Made by a program: the position numbers and the translations under genes
Notes under the pieces: model-generated
Told to the model about the DNA's origin: nothing
Databases searched by the model: none
The model's input: the letters and a program-made list of their open reading frames with translations, nothing else
NCBI GenBank assembly: GCA_947591105.1
Contig: CANQDL010000002.1
Span: 4,919 to 68,918 of the forward strand
Direction of reading: 5' to 3'
Length of the DNA stretch: 64,000 bases
Origin: an uncultured Oscillospiraceae bacterium
Lineage (GTDB): Bacteria > Bacillota > Clostridia > Oscillospirales > Oscillospiraceae
Shown: piece by piece, positions 1-8,177 of the stretch
Layout of the letters: each line of letters begins with the position of its first letter
Numbering within the stretch: position 1 is the stretch's first letter

Positions 1-112
1 CCATCTCATACCGGCTGCGGCCGTCGGTGAGGGGCTCGCTCTGGGCGGAGACGGCCGGACAAAAGCCGCCGAACAGCGCCAGCGCGCACAAAAGGCAGAT
101 GATCCGTTTCAT
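1..112 (-). CDS. N-terminal fragment of a secreted protein (continues past left edge)
   Basis: Minus-strand ATG at 112-110. My translation is MKRIICLLCALALFGGFCPAVSAQSEPL, which looks like a Sec signal peptide. A GGAAAGGAG lies about 14 nt upstream. The ORF is too short for the ORF track. Confidence 0.4.
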   Translation of the reverse strand, partial: MKRIICLLCALALFGGFCPAVSAQSEPLTDGRSRYEM

Positions 113-390
113 GATGCTCGTCTGTACTCCTTTCCTTCCGTCCTTCCGGGACTGTCAAAGAATGGATGAGAGGGGAGCGAAGGCCGGTCAGGCCGAGCCG
201 CGTCGTCGGAGCGGCGTTCGCTAAGCTCCGCAGGCGCAAGGGCCAGCATCCGCCCGCTCCCGCGCTCCTCCTCTCCCCACGGGAAACGCTTCGCTGGTTT
301 CCTGTGGGGGCCCCATGGCCGCGCGTCAATCCAAAAGCCGCAATACATCAGGCTTTTGGATTATGCCGGCGGGATTCACTCCCGCCGAGC

Positions 391-466
391 AGATTCAATC
401 CGAGCTGTCAAAAACTCGTTTTTTGACAAGCTCAATGGCAAGAGCCCCGGCTGCATGGCCGGGGCT
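391..466. repeat. AT-palindrome repeat family B, copy 1, plus GC hairpin
   Basis: AGATTCAATCCGAGCTGTCAAAAACTCGTTTTTTGACAAGCTCAATGG is nearly identical to 21711-21757. It is followed by the hairpin AGCCCCGGC/GCCGGGGCT (443-466) and CCGGTTTTC. Confidence 0.6.
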
Positions 467-477
467 CCTGCCGGTTT

Positions 478-729
478 TCAGCCCTGCAGGCCGTTTTCCT
501 GGCGCTCCATGTTCTCCACCACCACGTCGAAGATGTCGCCCAGAGAGGCGGCGTACTCCAGTACCTTCCAGGGGACGTTGGTGTGGAAATGGATCTTGAT
601 CAGATCTTCGTCTCCCACTGCCAGCAGGCAGTCGCCGGGGATGTTGGCCATGATGTAGTCGTGGATCGCGTCCTCGTCCAGGTCGTGGCCCTCGATGAGC
701 AGCTGCGTGTCAAAACGGTATTCCAGCAT
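478..729 (-). CDS. Small protein resembling the central domain of FakA/YloV (DAK2-fusion) proteins, possibly a stand-alone domain or a fragment
   Basis: 83-aa ORF with motifs GDCLLAVGDEDLIKIHFHTNVPWKVLEYA and VVVENM, typical of the YloV/FakA middle region. TAGGAGAA RBS upstream. Confidence 0.5.
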   Translation of the reverse strand: MLEYRFDTQLLIEGHDLDEDAIHDYIMANIPGDCLLAVGDEDLIKIHFHTNVPWKVLEYAASLGDIFDVVVENMERQENGLQG

Positions 730-939
730 AGATGATTCTCCTAATATGTATTGGCTCGGTTTAGCGCCGCAGGGCGGCGGTTTATGTGATATGCAACGGC
801 GTCATTGTAGCACATATGCGGGAAGATGTCAAAATTATGCGATCAGGGCACATGTTTGTTATAACTAACACTTTTGACAGATTTTCGCGGACGGATTCGG
901 GCAGAACGCCGAAAAAGTTAGCTATGGCAAATTTTTCTC

Positions 940-968
940 TTGACTTTGGACGGCGGTGGGCATACAAT
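940..968 (+). promoter_or_regulatory. Candidate sigma-A promoter of the feo operon
   Basis: TTGACT (940-945), 17-nt spacer, TACAAT (963-968), in a locally AT-rich intergenic region. Confidence 0.45.
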
Positions 969-977
969 GACGCCGGT

Positions 978-1027
978 GTTAGGAAAACCTAACATATTTT
1001 ATTCATCACTAAGTTAGCAATTGCTAA
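978..1027. promoter_or_regulatory. Two palindromes between the promoter and the feoA RBS (candidate metalloregulator operators)
   Basis: GTTAGGAAAACCTAAC (978-993) and the perfect 14-bp palindrome TTAGCAATTGCTAA (1014-1027). Confidence 0.35.
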
Positions 1028-1051
1028 TAGCGGATCATGGAGGTCGTTCCC

Positions 1052-1261
1052 ATGCTTCTCACCATGCTGCGCAACGGGCAGAGCAGTCTTATCACCCACA
1101 TCGGCGGCAAGCCGGAGACAAAGCAGTTCCTGGAAAATCTGGGCTTTGTGGTGGGCAGTCCCGTGACGGTGGTCAACGACATAGGCGGTAATCTGATCGT
1201 CAGCATCCGGGATACCCGGGTGGCCATCAGCGAGGAGATGGCGCGGAAGATCTTCGTCTGA
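1052..1261 (+). CDS. feoA: FeoA family iron transport protein
   Basis: Small SH3-like FeoA sequence (GQSSLITHIGG...GSPVTVV). GGAGG sits 7 nt before the ATG at 1052. The track start at 1037 is the alternative. Confidence 0.85.
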   Translation: MLLTMLRNGQSSLITHIGGKPETKQFLENLGFVVGSPVTVVNDIGGNLIVSIRDTRVAISEEMARKIFV

Positions 1262-1296
1262 CGGCGGATGAAACATATAGGAAAGGAGACAGGACA

Positions 1297-1515
1297 ATGA
1301 CGTTGAGACAGGCCAAGGTGGGCCAGACGGTGAAGGTGGTAAAGCTGGAGGGCACCGGCGCCGTGAAGCGGCGGATCATGGACATGGGCATCACGAAAGG
1401 GGAGTCCATCTATGTGCGCAAGGTGGCCCCGCTGGGCGACCCGGTGGAGATCACCATCCGGGGCTATGAGCTGAGTCTGCGCAAGGCGGACAGCGAAATG
1501 ATAATCGTGGAGTGA
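1297..1515 (+). CDS. feoA: FeoA family iron transport protein (second copy)
   Basis: 72 aa. KVGQTVKVVKL...GDPVEITIRGYELSLRKADSEMI is typical FeoA. AAAGGAG RBS. Confidence 0.9.
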   Translation: MTLRQAKVGQTVKVVKLEGTGAVKRRIMDMGITKGESIYVRKVAPLGDPVEITIRGYELSLRKADSEMIIVE

Positions 1516-1529
1516 GAGGTAAGGATATA

Positions 1530-3917
1530 ATGGAAGAAAAAAGCATCACCATAGCCCTGGCCGGAAACCCCAACTGCGGCAAGACCACCCTGTTCAACGC
1601 CCTGACCGGCGCGAACCAGTACGTGGGCAACTGGCCGGGGGTGACCGTGGAGAAGAAAGAGGGTCGGCTGAAGGATCAGAAGAACGTGACCGTCACAGAC
1701 CTGCCGGGGATCTATTCCCTGTCCCCCTATACCCTGGAGGAGGTGGTGGCCAGAAACTACCTCATTCAGGAGCGGCCGGACGTGATCCTGAACATCGTGG
1801 ACGGCACCAACCTGGAGAGGAACCTCTACCTGACCACCCAGCTGGTGGAGCTGGGCATCCCGGTGCTGGTGGCGGTGAACATGATGGACGTGGTGCGCAA
1901 AAACGGCGACAGGATCGACGTGGCGCGCCTGGCCAAGGCGCTGGACTGCCAGGTGGTGGAGATCTCCGCCCTGAAGGGGGACGGCATCCGGGCGGCGGCC
2001 GCCGGGGCGGTGGAGCTGGCCCGCAGCGGCCGCAAGACCGTGCCCCAGCACCGGTTCGCCGGGTGCGTGGAGCACGCCCTGGCCCACATCGAGGAGGTGG
2101 CGGTGCACCATATGCCCGCCGAGCAGCAGCGCTGGTACGCCATCAAGCTCTTTGAGCGGGACGAGAAGGTGGCCGAGCAGCTGCATCTGGCGTCCGATGT
2201 GGCCGCGCACCTGGAAAACGACATCCGGGACTGCGAAAAGGAGATGGACGACGACGCGGAGAGCATCATCACCGCCCAGCGGTATGATTATATCACCGCC
2301 GTCATCAAGGACTGCTATACCCGCCGGAGCAAGGAGAAGATGTCCGCCTCCGACAAGATCGACCGGGTGGTCACCAACCGGTGGCTGGCCCTGCCTATCT
2401 TCGCGTGCGTGATGTTTCTCATCTACGCCATCGCCATGGGCGGGTGGAAGATCTCCATCGGCACCGCTGGCACCGACTGGGCCAACGACGGCCTGTTCGG
2501 GGACGGATGGTTCGTGCCCTTCACGGCGGACAAGGACGCCTGGGAGGAGGACGCCGGGGCCTTTGAAGAAGCCGGCGTTATCATCGAGGCATACGAGGCC
2601 GGCCAGACCGAGGCGTATATGTACGACGACGAGACCGGCGAGACGAACGTCATCCCCGTGGATGAGGAAGCCTACAACGAGGCCCTGGCGGTGGCCGAGC
2701 CCGATCCCCGCGACTACGGCGTGTGGGTGCCCGGCATCCCCGTGCTGGTGGAGAAGCTGCTGAATGCGCTGGGCTGCGGTGAGGTGGTCACGAGCCTGGT
2801 GCTGGACGGCATCGTAGGCGGCGTGGGCGCCGTGCTGGGCTTCGTGCCCCAGATGCTGGTGCTGTTTTTGCTGCTGGCCATCCTGGAGGACGTGGGCTAT
2901 ATGGCCCGAGTGGCCTTTATCATGGATCGGATCTTCCGCCGGTTCGGGCTTAGCGGCAAGAGCTTCATTCCCATGCTGGTGGCAACGGGCTGCGGCGTGC
3001 CGGGCATCATGGCCAGCCGCACCATCGAGCAGGATCGGGATCGGAAGATGACCATCATGACCACCGGATTCATCCCCTGCGGGGCGAAAATGCCCATCAT
3101 CGCCCTGTTCGCCGGGGCTCTGTTCGGCGAAAGCCCCCTGGTGGCGGTGTCCGCGTTCTTCATCGGCATCGCCGCGGTGGTGATCAGCGGCATCCTGCTG
3201 AAAAAGTTCAGGGCCTTCGCCGGGGAGCCCGCCCCCTTTGTCATGGAACTGCCCGCCTATCACGCCCCCCAGGCCCGGAACGTGCTGCGGGCCATGTGGG
3301 AGCGGGGCTGGAGCTTCATAAAGCGGGCCGGCACCATCATCCTGCTCTCGTCCATCGTGCTTTGGTTTTTGCAGGGCTTCGGCTTTGAGGACGGCTCCTT
3401 CGGCATGGTGGAGGACAACAACGCCTCCCTCCTGGCGGCCATCGGCGGCGCCATTGCCTTTATCTTCGCGCCCCTGGGCTTCGGCACCTGGCAGGCAACC
3501 GTGGCCACCATCACCGGCCTTATCGCCAAGGAAGAGGTGGTGGGCACCCTGGGCGTGCTGTACCCGGGGAACCTGACCGTGCAGATCGGCGCGGCCTATA
3601 CGGGCCTGACCGCCTACTCCTTCATGATCTTCAACCTGCTGTGCGCGCCCTGCTTCGCGGCCATGGGCGCCATCCGCCGGGAGATGAACAACGCCAGGTG
3701 GACCTGGGCCGCTATCGGCTATATGTGCGCGTTCGCCTACGCGGTGAGCCTGATCGTGTACCAGATGGGGAGCCTGTTCACCGGCGGCGGCTTCGGCGTC
3801 GGGACTGCGGCGGCGCTGCTGGTGCTGGCGGGGCTTGGGTATCTGGTATTCCGGCCGGCGCCCGACCTGGAGCGCGCGGCGGCCAAGGCCCAGCGCAGCG
3901 TACACGTGGGGGCGTGA
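1530..3917 (+). CDS. feoB: Ferrous iron transporter FeoB
   Basis: N-terminal G-domain P-loop GNPNCGKTTLFN, DLPGIYSL and NMMD motifs, followed by a polytopic membrane domain. The ATG at 1530 has a GAGGTAAGG RBS. Confidence 0.95.
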   Translation: MEEKSITIALAGNPNCGKTTLFNALTGANQYVGNWPGVTVEKKEGRLKDQKNVTVTDLPGIYSLSPYTLEEVVARNYLIQERPDVILNIVDGTNLERNLYLTTQLVELGIPVLVAVNMMDVVRKNGDRIDVARLAKALDCQVVEISALKGDGIRAAAAGAVELARSGRKTVPQHRFAGCVEHALAHIEEVAVHHMPAEQQRWYAIKLFERDEKVAEQLHLASDVAAHLENDIRDCEKEMDDDAESIITAQRYDYITAVIKDCYTRRSKEKMSASDKIDRVVTNRWLALPIFACVMFLIYAIAMGGWKISIGTAGTDWANDGLFGDGWFVPFTADKDAWEEDAGAFEEAGVIIEAYEAGQTEAYMYDDETGETNVIPVDEEAYNEALAVAEPDPRDYGVWVPGIPVLVEKLLNALGCGEVVTSLVLDGIVGGVGAVLGFVPQMLVLFLLLAILEDVGYMARVAFIMDRIFRRFGLSGKSFIPMLVATGCGVPGIMASRTIEQDRDRKMTIMTTGFIPCGAKMPIIALFAGALFGESPLVAVSAFFIGIAAVVISGILLKKFRAFAGEPAPFVMELPAYHAPQARNVLRAMWERGWSFIKRAGTIILLSSIVLWFLQGFGFEDGSFGMVEDNNASLLAAIGGAIAFIFAPLGFGTWQATVATITGLIAKEEVVGTLGVLYPGNLTVQIGAAYTGLTAYSFMIFNLLCAPCFAAMGAIRREMNNARWTWAAIGYMCAFAYAVSLIVYQMGSLFTGGGFGVGTAAALLVLAGLGYLVFRPAPDLERAAAKAQRSVHVGA

Positions 3918-3921
3918 GACC

Positions 3922-4092
3922 ATGGCGCGGTTTTTGGGTCTCTACGGCGGCGATATCCTGGTGTGCGCGCTGATCCTGGCGGGCGTCGTGAGCGTGGTAT
4001 GGGGCATGATCCGGGATAAGCGGGCCGGCAAGTCCGTGTGCGGCGGCTGCGACGGCTGCGCGCACCGGGGACAGTGCCATATGCAGAAATAG
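3922..4092 (+). CDS. FeoB-associated Cys-rich small membrane protein
   Basis: 56 aa with one TM helix and then CGGCDGCAHRGQC. It lies immediately after feoB, which is the usual position for this family. Confidence 0.8.
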   Translation: MARFLGLYGGDILVCALILAGVVSVVWGMIRDKRAGKSVCGGCDGCAHRGQCHMQK

Positions 4093-4125
4093 CGCGTTAC
4101 CTCCTGCTTTTGTAAATATGTACGG

Positions 4126-4160
4126 GAAAGGAAGCGACCGGCGGGCCGCTTCCTTTTCTG
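4126..4160 (+). terminator. Intrinsic terminator after the feo operon
   Basis: 9-bp stem AAGGAAGCG/CGCTTCCTT followed by TTCT. Confidence 0.5.
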
Positions 4161-4240
4161 TCGTCCGGCGGGGATTTTCCCCAAAGATTCATGAATAGAC
4201 ACTTTTCCTTTTGCCTGTGGTGTGATACAATATAAAAGCT

Positions 4241-5527
4241 ATGAGTGAATACAATTATAATTACGGCGGCGGGCCCTCCCCTGGGCCGGGCCCCGGCTCT
4301 CCCGGGCCCAGACCGCCAAAAAAGGATACCGATTGGGGCGGGGTGAGCTGGGCGATCAGCGTGGCGCTGATCTTCCTGTGGTTCCCACTGGGACTGTTTC
4401 TGACCTTCGCCCACTCCGCCGGGCACGACATCCTGGGAAATCTTCTCCAGGGGCTGTTCGGCGGCCGCCGGCAGAGCGGCCAGAGCCGTCCCGGCGCAGG
4501 GGCGGGCTACAGCGCGCCCAAAAAGACCCGGACGGCCAAGCCCGGCGCCCAGGCGAAGCCCAAGGCCGAAAGAGCCCGGCGTCAGACCTCCCAGACGGAG
4601 GAGCCGGCCGGCCGCTTCGGCGGCGTGCGCCGGCCGGACGTGGGGGCCACGGCCAAGACCGTGTTCGGATGGATCCTAGTGGCCCTGGGATTTATGGCCA
4701 CTGTGGGCGCGGTGAGCGTCGGCGACGGCATATGGTTCGTGCTGAGCATGGCGTCTGTCGCCCTGGGTGGCGGGGCGCTGATCCTGTCGGCCATACAGAG
4801 CCGGCGCAAGGCCGCCAAGTTCCACCGGTGCTTCACCGTCAGCGGCGACAAGGGCGTGGTGGACATGAAAAAGCTGGCCAAGACCCTGGGCGTGGATCTG
4901 GCGGAGGCCGACAAGCTCTTCACCGAGATGGTGGACAGGGGCTATTACGGCGAGAAGGCCTATATCGACCATGAGCGCTGCCTGCTGGTGATCGACGTGG
5001 AGCAGATGCGGGACGTGTACCGCCGGGAGGACGAGCAGAAGGCCGCCCAGGCCGCCCAGGCGGCCAAGGAGTCCGACGCCGACCAGAGCAAGATGAACGA
5101 GTACGAGCGCTACGTGGAGCAGATACGCCAGGCGGACGTGGACATCGACGACGAGGTCATGAGCGAGAAGATCCGCCGGATGCAGACCATCACCGCCGCC
5201 ATCTTCAAGGAGGTGGAGGATCACCCGGAGAAGCGCTCCCAGATCGACCGATTCATGAACTACTACCTGCCAACCACGCTGAAGCTGCTGGACTCCTACG
5301 CCCGGATCGAGGATCGGGGCGTCACCGGGGAGAACACGGCCAAGGCCAAGGCGGACATTGAGCGCATCGCCGACACCCTGGTGGCCGGGTACGAGACACA
5401 GCTTGACAAGCTCTATCGGGCGGAGGCCATGGATATCGCCGGAGACGTGAGCGTGATCGAGAATATGCTCAAGCGGGACGGACTTTCCGGCGAGAGCGAC
5501 TTTGGACAGACGGCCGGCGGCCACTGA
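4241..5527 (+). CDS. Membrane protein with XpaC-like (5-bromo-4-chloroindolyl phosphate hydrolysis family) C-terminal domain
   Basis: Pro/Gly-rich N-terminus and TM segments. The C-terminal DRFMNYYLPTTLKLLDSYARIE region matches my memory of the XpaC family. Confidence 0.6.
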   Translation: MSEYNYNYGGGPSPGPGPGSPGPRPPKKDTDWGGVSWAISVALIFLWFPLGLFLTFAHSAGHDILGNLLQGLFGGRRQSGQSRPGAGAGYSAPKKTRTAKPGAQAKPKAERARRQTSQTEEPAGRFGGVRRPDVGATAKTVFGWILVALGFMATVGAVSVGDGIWFVLSMASVALGGGALILSAIQSRRKAAKFHRCFTVSGDKGVVDMKKLAKTLGVDLAEADKLFTEMVDRGYYGEKAYIDHERCLLVIDVEQMRDVYRREDEQKAAQAAQAAKESDADQSKMNEYERYVEQIRQADVDIDDEVMSEKIRRMQTITAAIFKEVEDHPEKRSQIDRFMNYYLPTTLKLLDSYARIEDRGVTGENTAKAKADIERIADTLVAGYETQLDKLYRAEAMDIAGDVSVIENMLKRDGLSGESDFGQTAGGH

Positions 5528-5555
5528 CCGGCGGCGGGGAAAGGAAAAGGAAACG

Positions 5556-7319
5556 ATGAAAAACAGTGTGAAAACGCGCCTGACGGCCTTGTCTCTGGCC
5601 CTGGTGATGACCGTGGCGTGGGCGGCGCCGGCCTGGGCGGCGGAGGACACGGAGCGGCAGGGCACCGCCTGGGAGGACATGGAATACGTCCACTATGAGG
5701 ACGAGGCGTTCCTGGCGGATACGGACGCGCTGGCCGCGATGGCCCAGAGCGAGGACGCGGACGAGATCATGGCGCTTTACGATAAGATCTACGGCGAGAT
5801 GGTGAAGGCGTTTACCTACAACAACATCGCCGATCTGCACTACAACATGGACGTGACGGACGAGTACTGGTCAGAGGAGCATCTGTACAGCAGCAGCCTG
5901 TGCACGGAGATGGACGACGCTTACGCCACCGCCTGCAACAAGGTGCTGGCCGGCCCCTGCGGGGATGCGTTCCGGGAGCACGTGGGCGAGGATGCCTACG
6001 AGTATTTTGTGGACTATGTGCCCGCGACGGAGCGGGAGATGGAGCTGATCGACCGGCAGTCGGCGCTGGTCGACCAGTACTATGAGCAGCTCAACAAGCA
6101 GGACGAGCTGACCTATAAGTACAAGGGCCAGGAGTGGACGAGCCAGATGCTCAACGGCACCATGGGCGACAGCCTCTATAACCGGGACTACGACGGCTAT
6201 TGGCAGGTGTACGACGGTCTGCAGAAGGCCCTCAACGACCTGGTGGGGCCCACATACATTGAGCTGGTGCAGATCCGCAAGGAGCTGGCGCAGATCTGGG
6301 AGTATGACAGCTATGTGGATGCCGCCTATAAGGACGTGTTCTGCCGGGACTACACCGCCGAGGACGCCCAGATGCTCTGCGACGCGGTCAAGGAGCTCTC
6401 CGCGGACTATTACAGCGGCCTTTATTACAGCGACATGTGGAACGCCTCCGGGGAGGTGTCCCCGGTGCTGGACGCGGAGGAGCAGCTGGCCGTGCTGGGG
6501 CAGTACGCGGAAAAGATCGATCCGGTGCTGGCGGAGGCGTGGCAGTTCATGGATAAGTATGACCTGTGTTATCTGACGGACGACCCCGATTCCACCGACA
6601 CGGGCTATACCACCACGCTGCTGCGCTATGACTGCCCGTTCATTTACAACCGGACATACGGCAACTGCTACGATATAGACGATTTGAGCCACGAGTTCGG
6701 CCACTTCACGGACGCCTATCTCAACCGGCCGGCCGACCCGGTGAACGCCCAGGAGAGCTATGATCTGCTGGAGATACACTCCACCGGCCTGGAGGCGCTG
6801 TTCACCTACTATTATGACGAGATATACGACCAGGGCGGCGATGTGGCAGAGTTCATCGTGCTGGACAGCATCCTGGAGTCGATCCTGACCGGGTGCATCC
6901 ATGACGAGTTCCAGCGCCGGGTGTACGCGGAGGATGACATCACCCTGGACGAGGTCAACACCATATACACGGACGTGTGCCGGGAGTACGGCATGAACGT
7001 GGGCGAGGTGGATTACGGCTGGCAGATCGTCCCCCACAACTTTGAGGATCCCCTGTACTACATCAGCTACGCCGTGTCCGCGCTGGCGGCCCTGCAGATC
7101 TGGGACACCGCCCAGGTGGACTTCCAAAAGGGCGTGGATATGTATATGGACGTGCTCCGCCGGGGCGCCTACGGCGACGGCTACCTGACCGTGCTGGAGC
7201 AGTGCGGGATGAAGCTGTTTACCGAGCAGGGCGCGGTGGCGGAGATCTGGCAGCCGGTGGTGGACTATATGCAGCAGCTGGAGGATGAATGGGCCGGCGG
7301 CGTGCCTGCCGCGGCCTGA
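5556..7319 (+). CDS. Secreted zinc metallopeptidase, M3/oligoendopeptidase-F-like
   Basis: Signal peptide MKNSVKTRLTALSLALVMTVAWAAPAWA. HEFGH zinc motif. The length of about 590 aa is typical of the PepF family. GGAAAAGG RBS before the ATG at 5556. Confidence 0.6.
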   Translation: MKNSVKTRLTALSLALVMTVAWAAPAWAAEDTERQGTAWEDMEYVHYEDEAFLADTDALAAMAQSEDADEIMALYDKIYGEMVKAFTYNNIADLHYNMDVTDEYWSEEHLYSSSLCTEMDDAYATACNKVLAGPCGDAFREHVGEDAYEYFVDYVPATEREMELIDRQSALVDQYYEQLNKQDELTYKYKGQEWTSQMLNGTMGDSLYNRDYDGYWQVYDGLQKALNDLVGPTYIELVQIRKELAQIWEYDSYVDAAYKDVFCRDYTAEDAQMLCDAVKELSADYYSGLYYSDMWNASGEVSPVLDAEEQLAVLGQYAEKIDPVLAEAWQFMDKYDLCYLTDDPDSTDTGYTTTLLRYDCPFIYNRTYGNCYDIDDLSHEFGHFTDAYLNRPADPVNAQESYDLLEIHSTGLEALFTYYYDEIYDQGGDVAEFIVLDSILESILTGCIHDEFQRRVYAEDDITLDEVNTIYTDVCREYGMNVGEVDYGWQIVPHNFEDPLYYISYAVSALAALQIWDTAQVDFQKGVDMYMDVLRRGAYGDGYLTVLEQCGMKLFTEQGAVAEIWQPVVDYMQQLEDEWAGGVPAAA

Positions 7320-7343
7320 ATGATTTACGGGAGGAGTATTTTG

Positions 7344-8177
7344 ATGGAAAACTACTACGAGAAGCTTATCCGCTGCCGGGACGCCGTCCGGGCAAAAACG
7401 GACTTTCAGCCCCATATCGGCCTGACCCTGGGCTCCGGACTGGGCCCGGTGGCCGAGACCATGGATGTGGTGGCCTCTGTGGATTACAAGGACATCCCGG
7501 GTTTCCCCGTGTCCACCGTGCCCGGCCACGCCGGCCGGTATCTGTTCGGCTATATCGGCGGCGTGCCGGTGGTGTGTATGCAGGGCCGGGTGCACTACTA
7601 CGAGGGGTTTGACGTGCACGACGTGGTGCTGCCCGTCCGGGTGATGGGTCTTTTGGGCATCAAGACCCTGTTTCTCACCAACGCCGCGGGCGGCCTTGAC
7701 CCCAACATGGAGATCCCCTCCCTGATGGTCATCCGGGATCACATGATGTTCAACTTCCCCAACCCCCTGATCGGGCCCAATCTGGACGAGCTGGGCCCCC
7801 GGTTCCCGGATATGAGCCAGGTGTACGACCCCGAACTGCGCCAGGTGCTGCACCAGACGGCGGAAAAGCTGGGTCAAAAGCTGGCGGAGGGCGTGTACAT
7901 CCAGCTGACGGGCCCCAGCTTTGAGACGCCCTTTGAGGTGCGCTATTACGGCGCCATGGGCGGCGGCGCGGTGGGGATGTCCACCGCCTGCGAGGCTGTG
8001 GCCGCCCGGCACATGGGGCTGCGTGTGTGCGGCATCAGCTGCATCGCCAACCTGGGCGCGGGCCTGTCCGGGGCGCCGCTGAACCACGAAGAGGTCATCG
8101 CCGCGGGGGATATGATCGCCGAGCGGTTCTCCGCGCTGGTCACCGCCGCCATCCCCGCCATCGACGCGGTATGCTGA
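7344..8177 (+). CDS. punA: Purine nucleoside phosphorylase family I (PunA type); possibly a methylthioinosine phosphorylase
   Basis: GSGLG, FPVSTVPGHAG and MQGRVHYYEG motifs. GGGAGGAG RBS before the ATG at 7344. The stop overlaps the mtnA start. Confidence 0.85.
   Translation: MENYYEKLIRCRDAVRAKTDFQPHIGLTLGSGLGPVAETMDVVASVDYKDIPGFPVSTVPGHAGRYLFGYIGGVPVVCMQGRVHYYEGFDVHDVVLPVRVMGLLGIKTLFLTNAAGGLDPNMEIPSLMVIRDHMMFNFPNPLIGPNLDELGPRFPDMSQVYDPELRQVLHQTAEKLGQKLAEGVYIQLTGPSFETPFEVRYYGAMGGGAVGMSTACEAVAARHMGLRVCGISCIANLGAGLSGAPLNHEEVIAAGDMIAERFSALVTAAIPAIDAVC

Noticed and set aside
113-390. A possible known structured RNA (6S, SRP, RNase P or tmRNA) in the hairpin-rich 113-477 spacer.
   Set aside because: I recognised none of the conserved cores, such as the tmRNA tag/CCA end, the SRP GGAA/GNAR domain IV or the RNase P P4 strands. 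It looks like a patchwork of independent hairpins similar to the other repeat mosaics.
1464-3923. Very long antisense ORFs in the track. Examples: 1464-3923(-), 5871-8087(-), 13139-15976(-), 35522-37207(-), 42754-45087(-), 45786-48095(-), 47993-50026(-), 54181-55383(+).
   Set aside because: Each lies opposite a gene with clear family motifs. Their translations are Arg/Gly/Pro/His-rich low-complexity strings, typical of stop-codon-poor antisense frames in high-GC DNA.
8027-8170. Long N-terminal extensions of mtnA (8027), proS (23237), the peptidase (5502), the MATE pump (26221), terL (35135), the BppU-like protein (48032) and the YdcF-like protein (52484).
   Set aside because: The extensions overlap upstream genes or promoters and are Arg/Pro-rich. 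Internal starts with RBSs give proteins that begin where the families normally begin.
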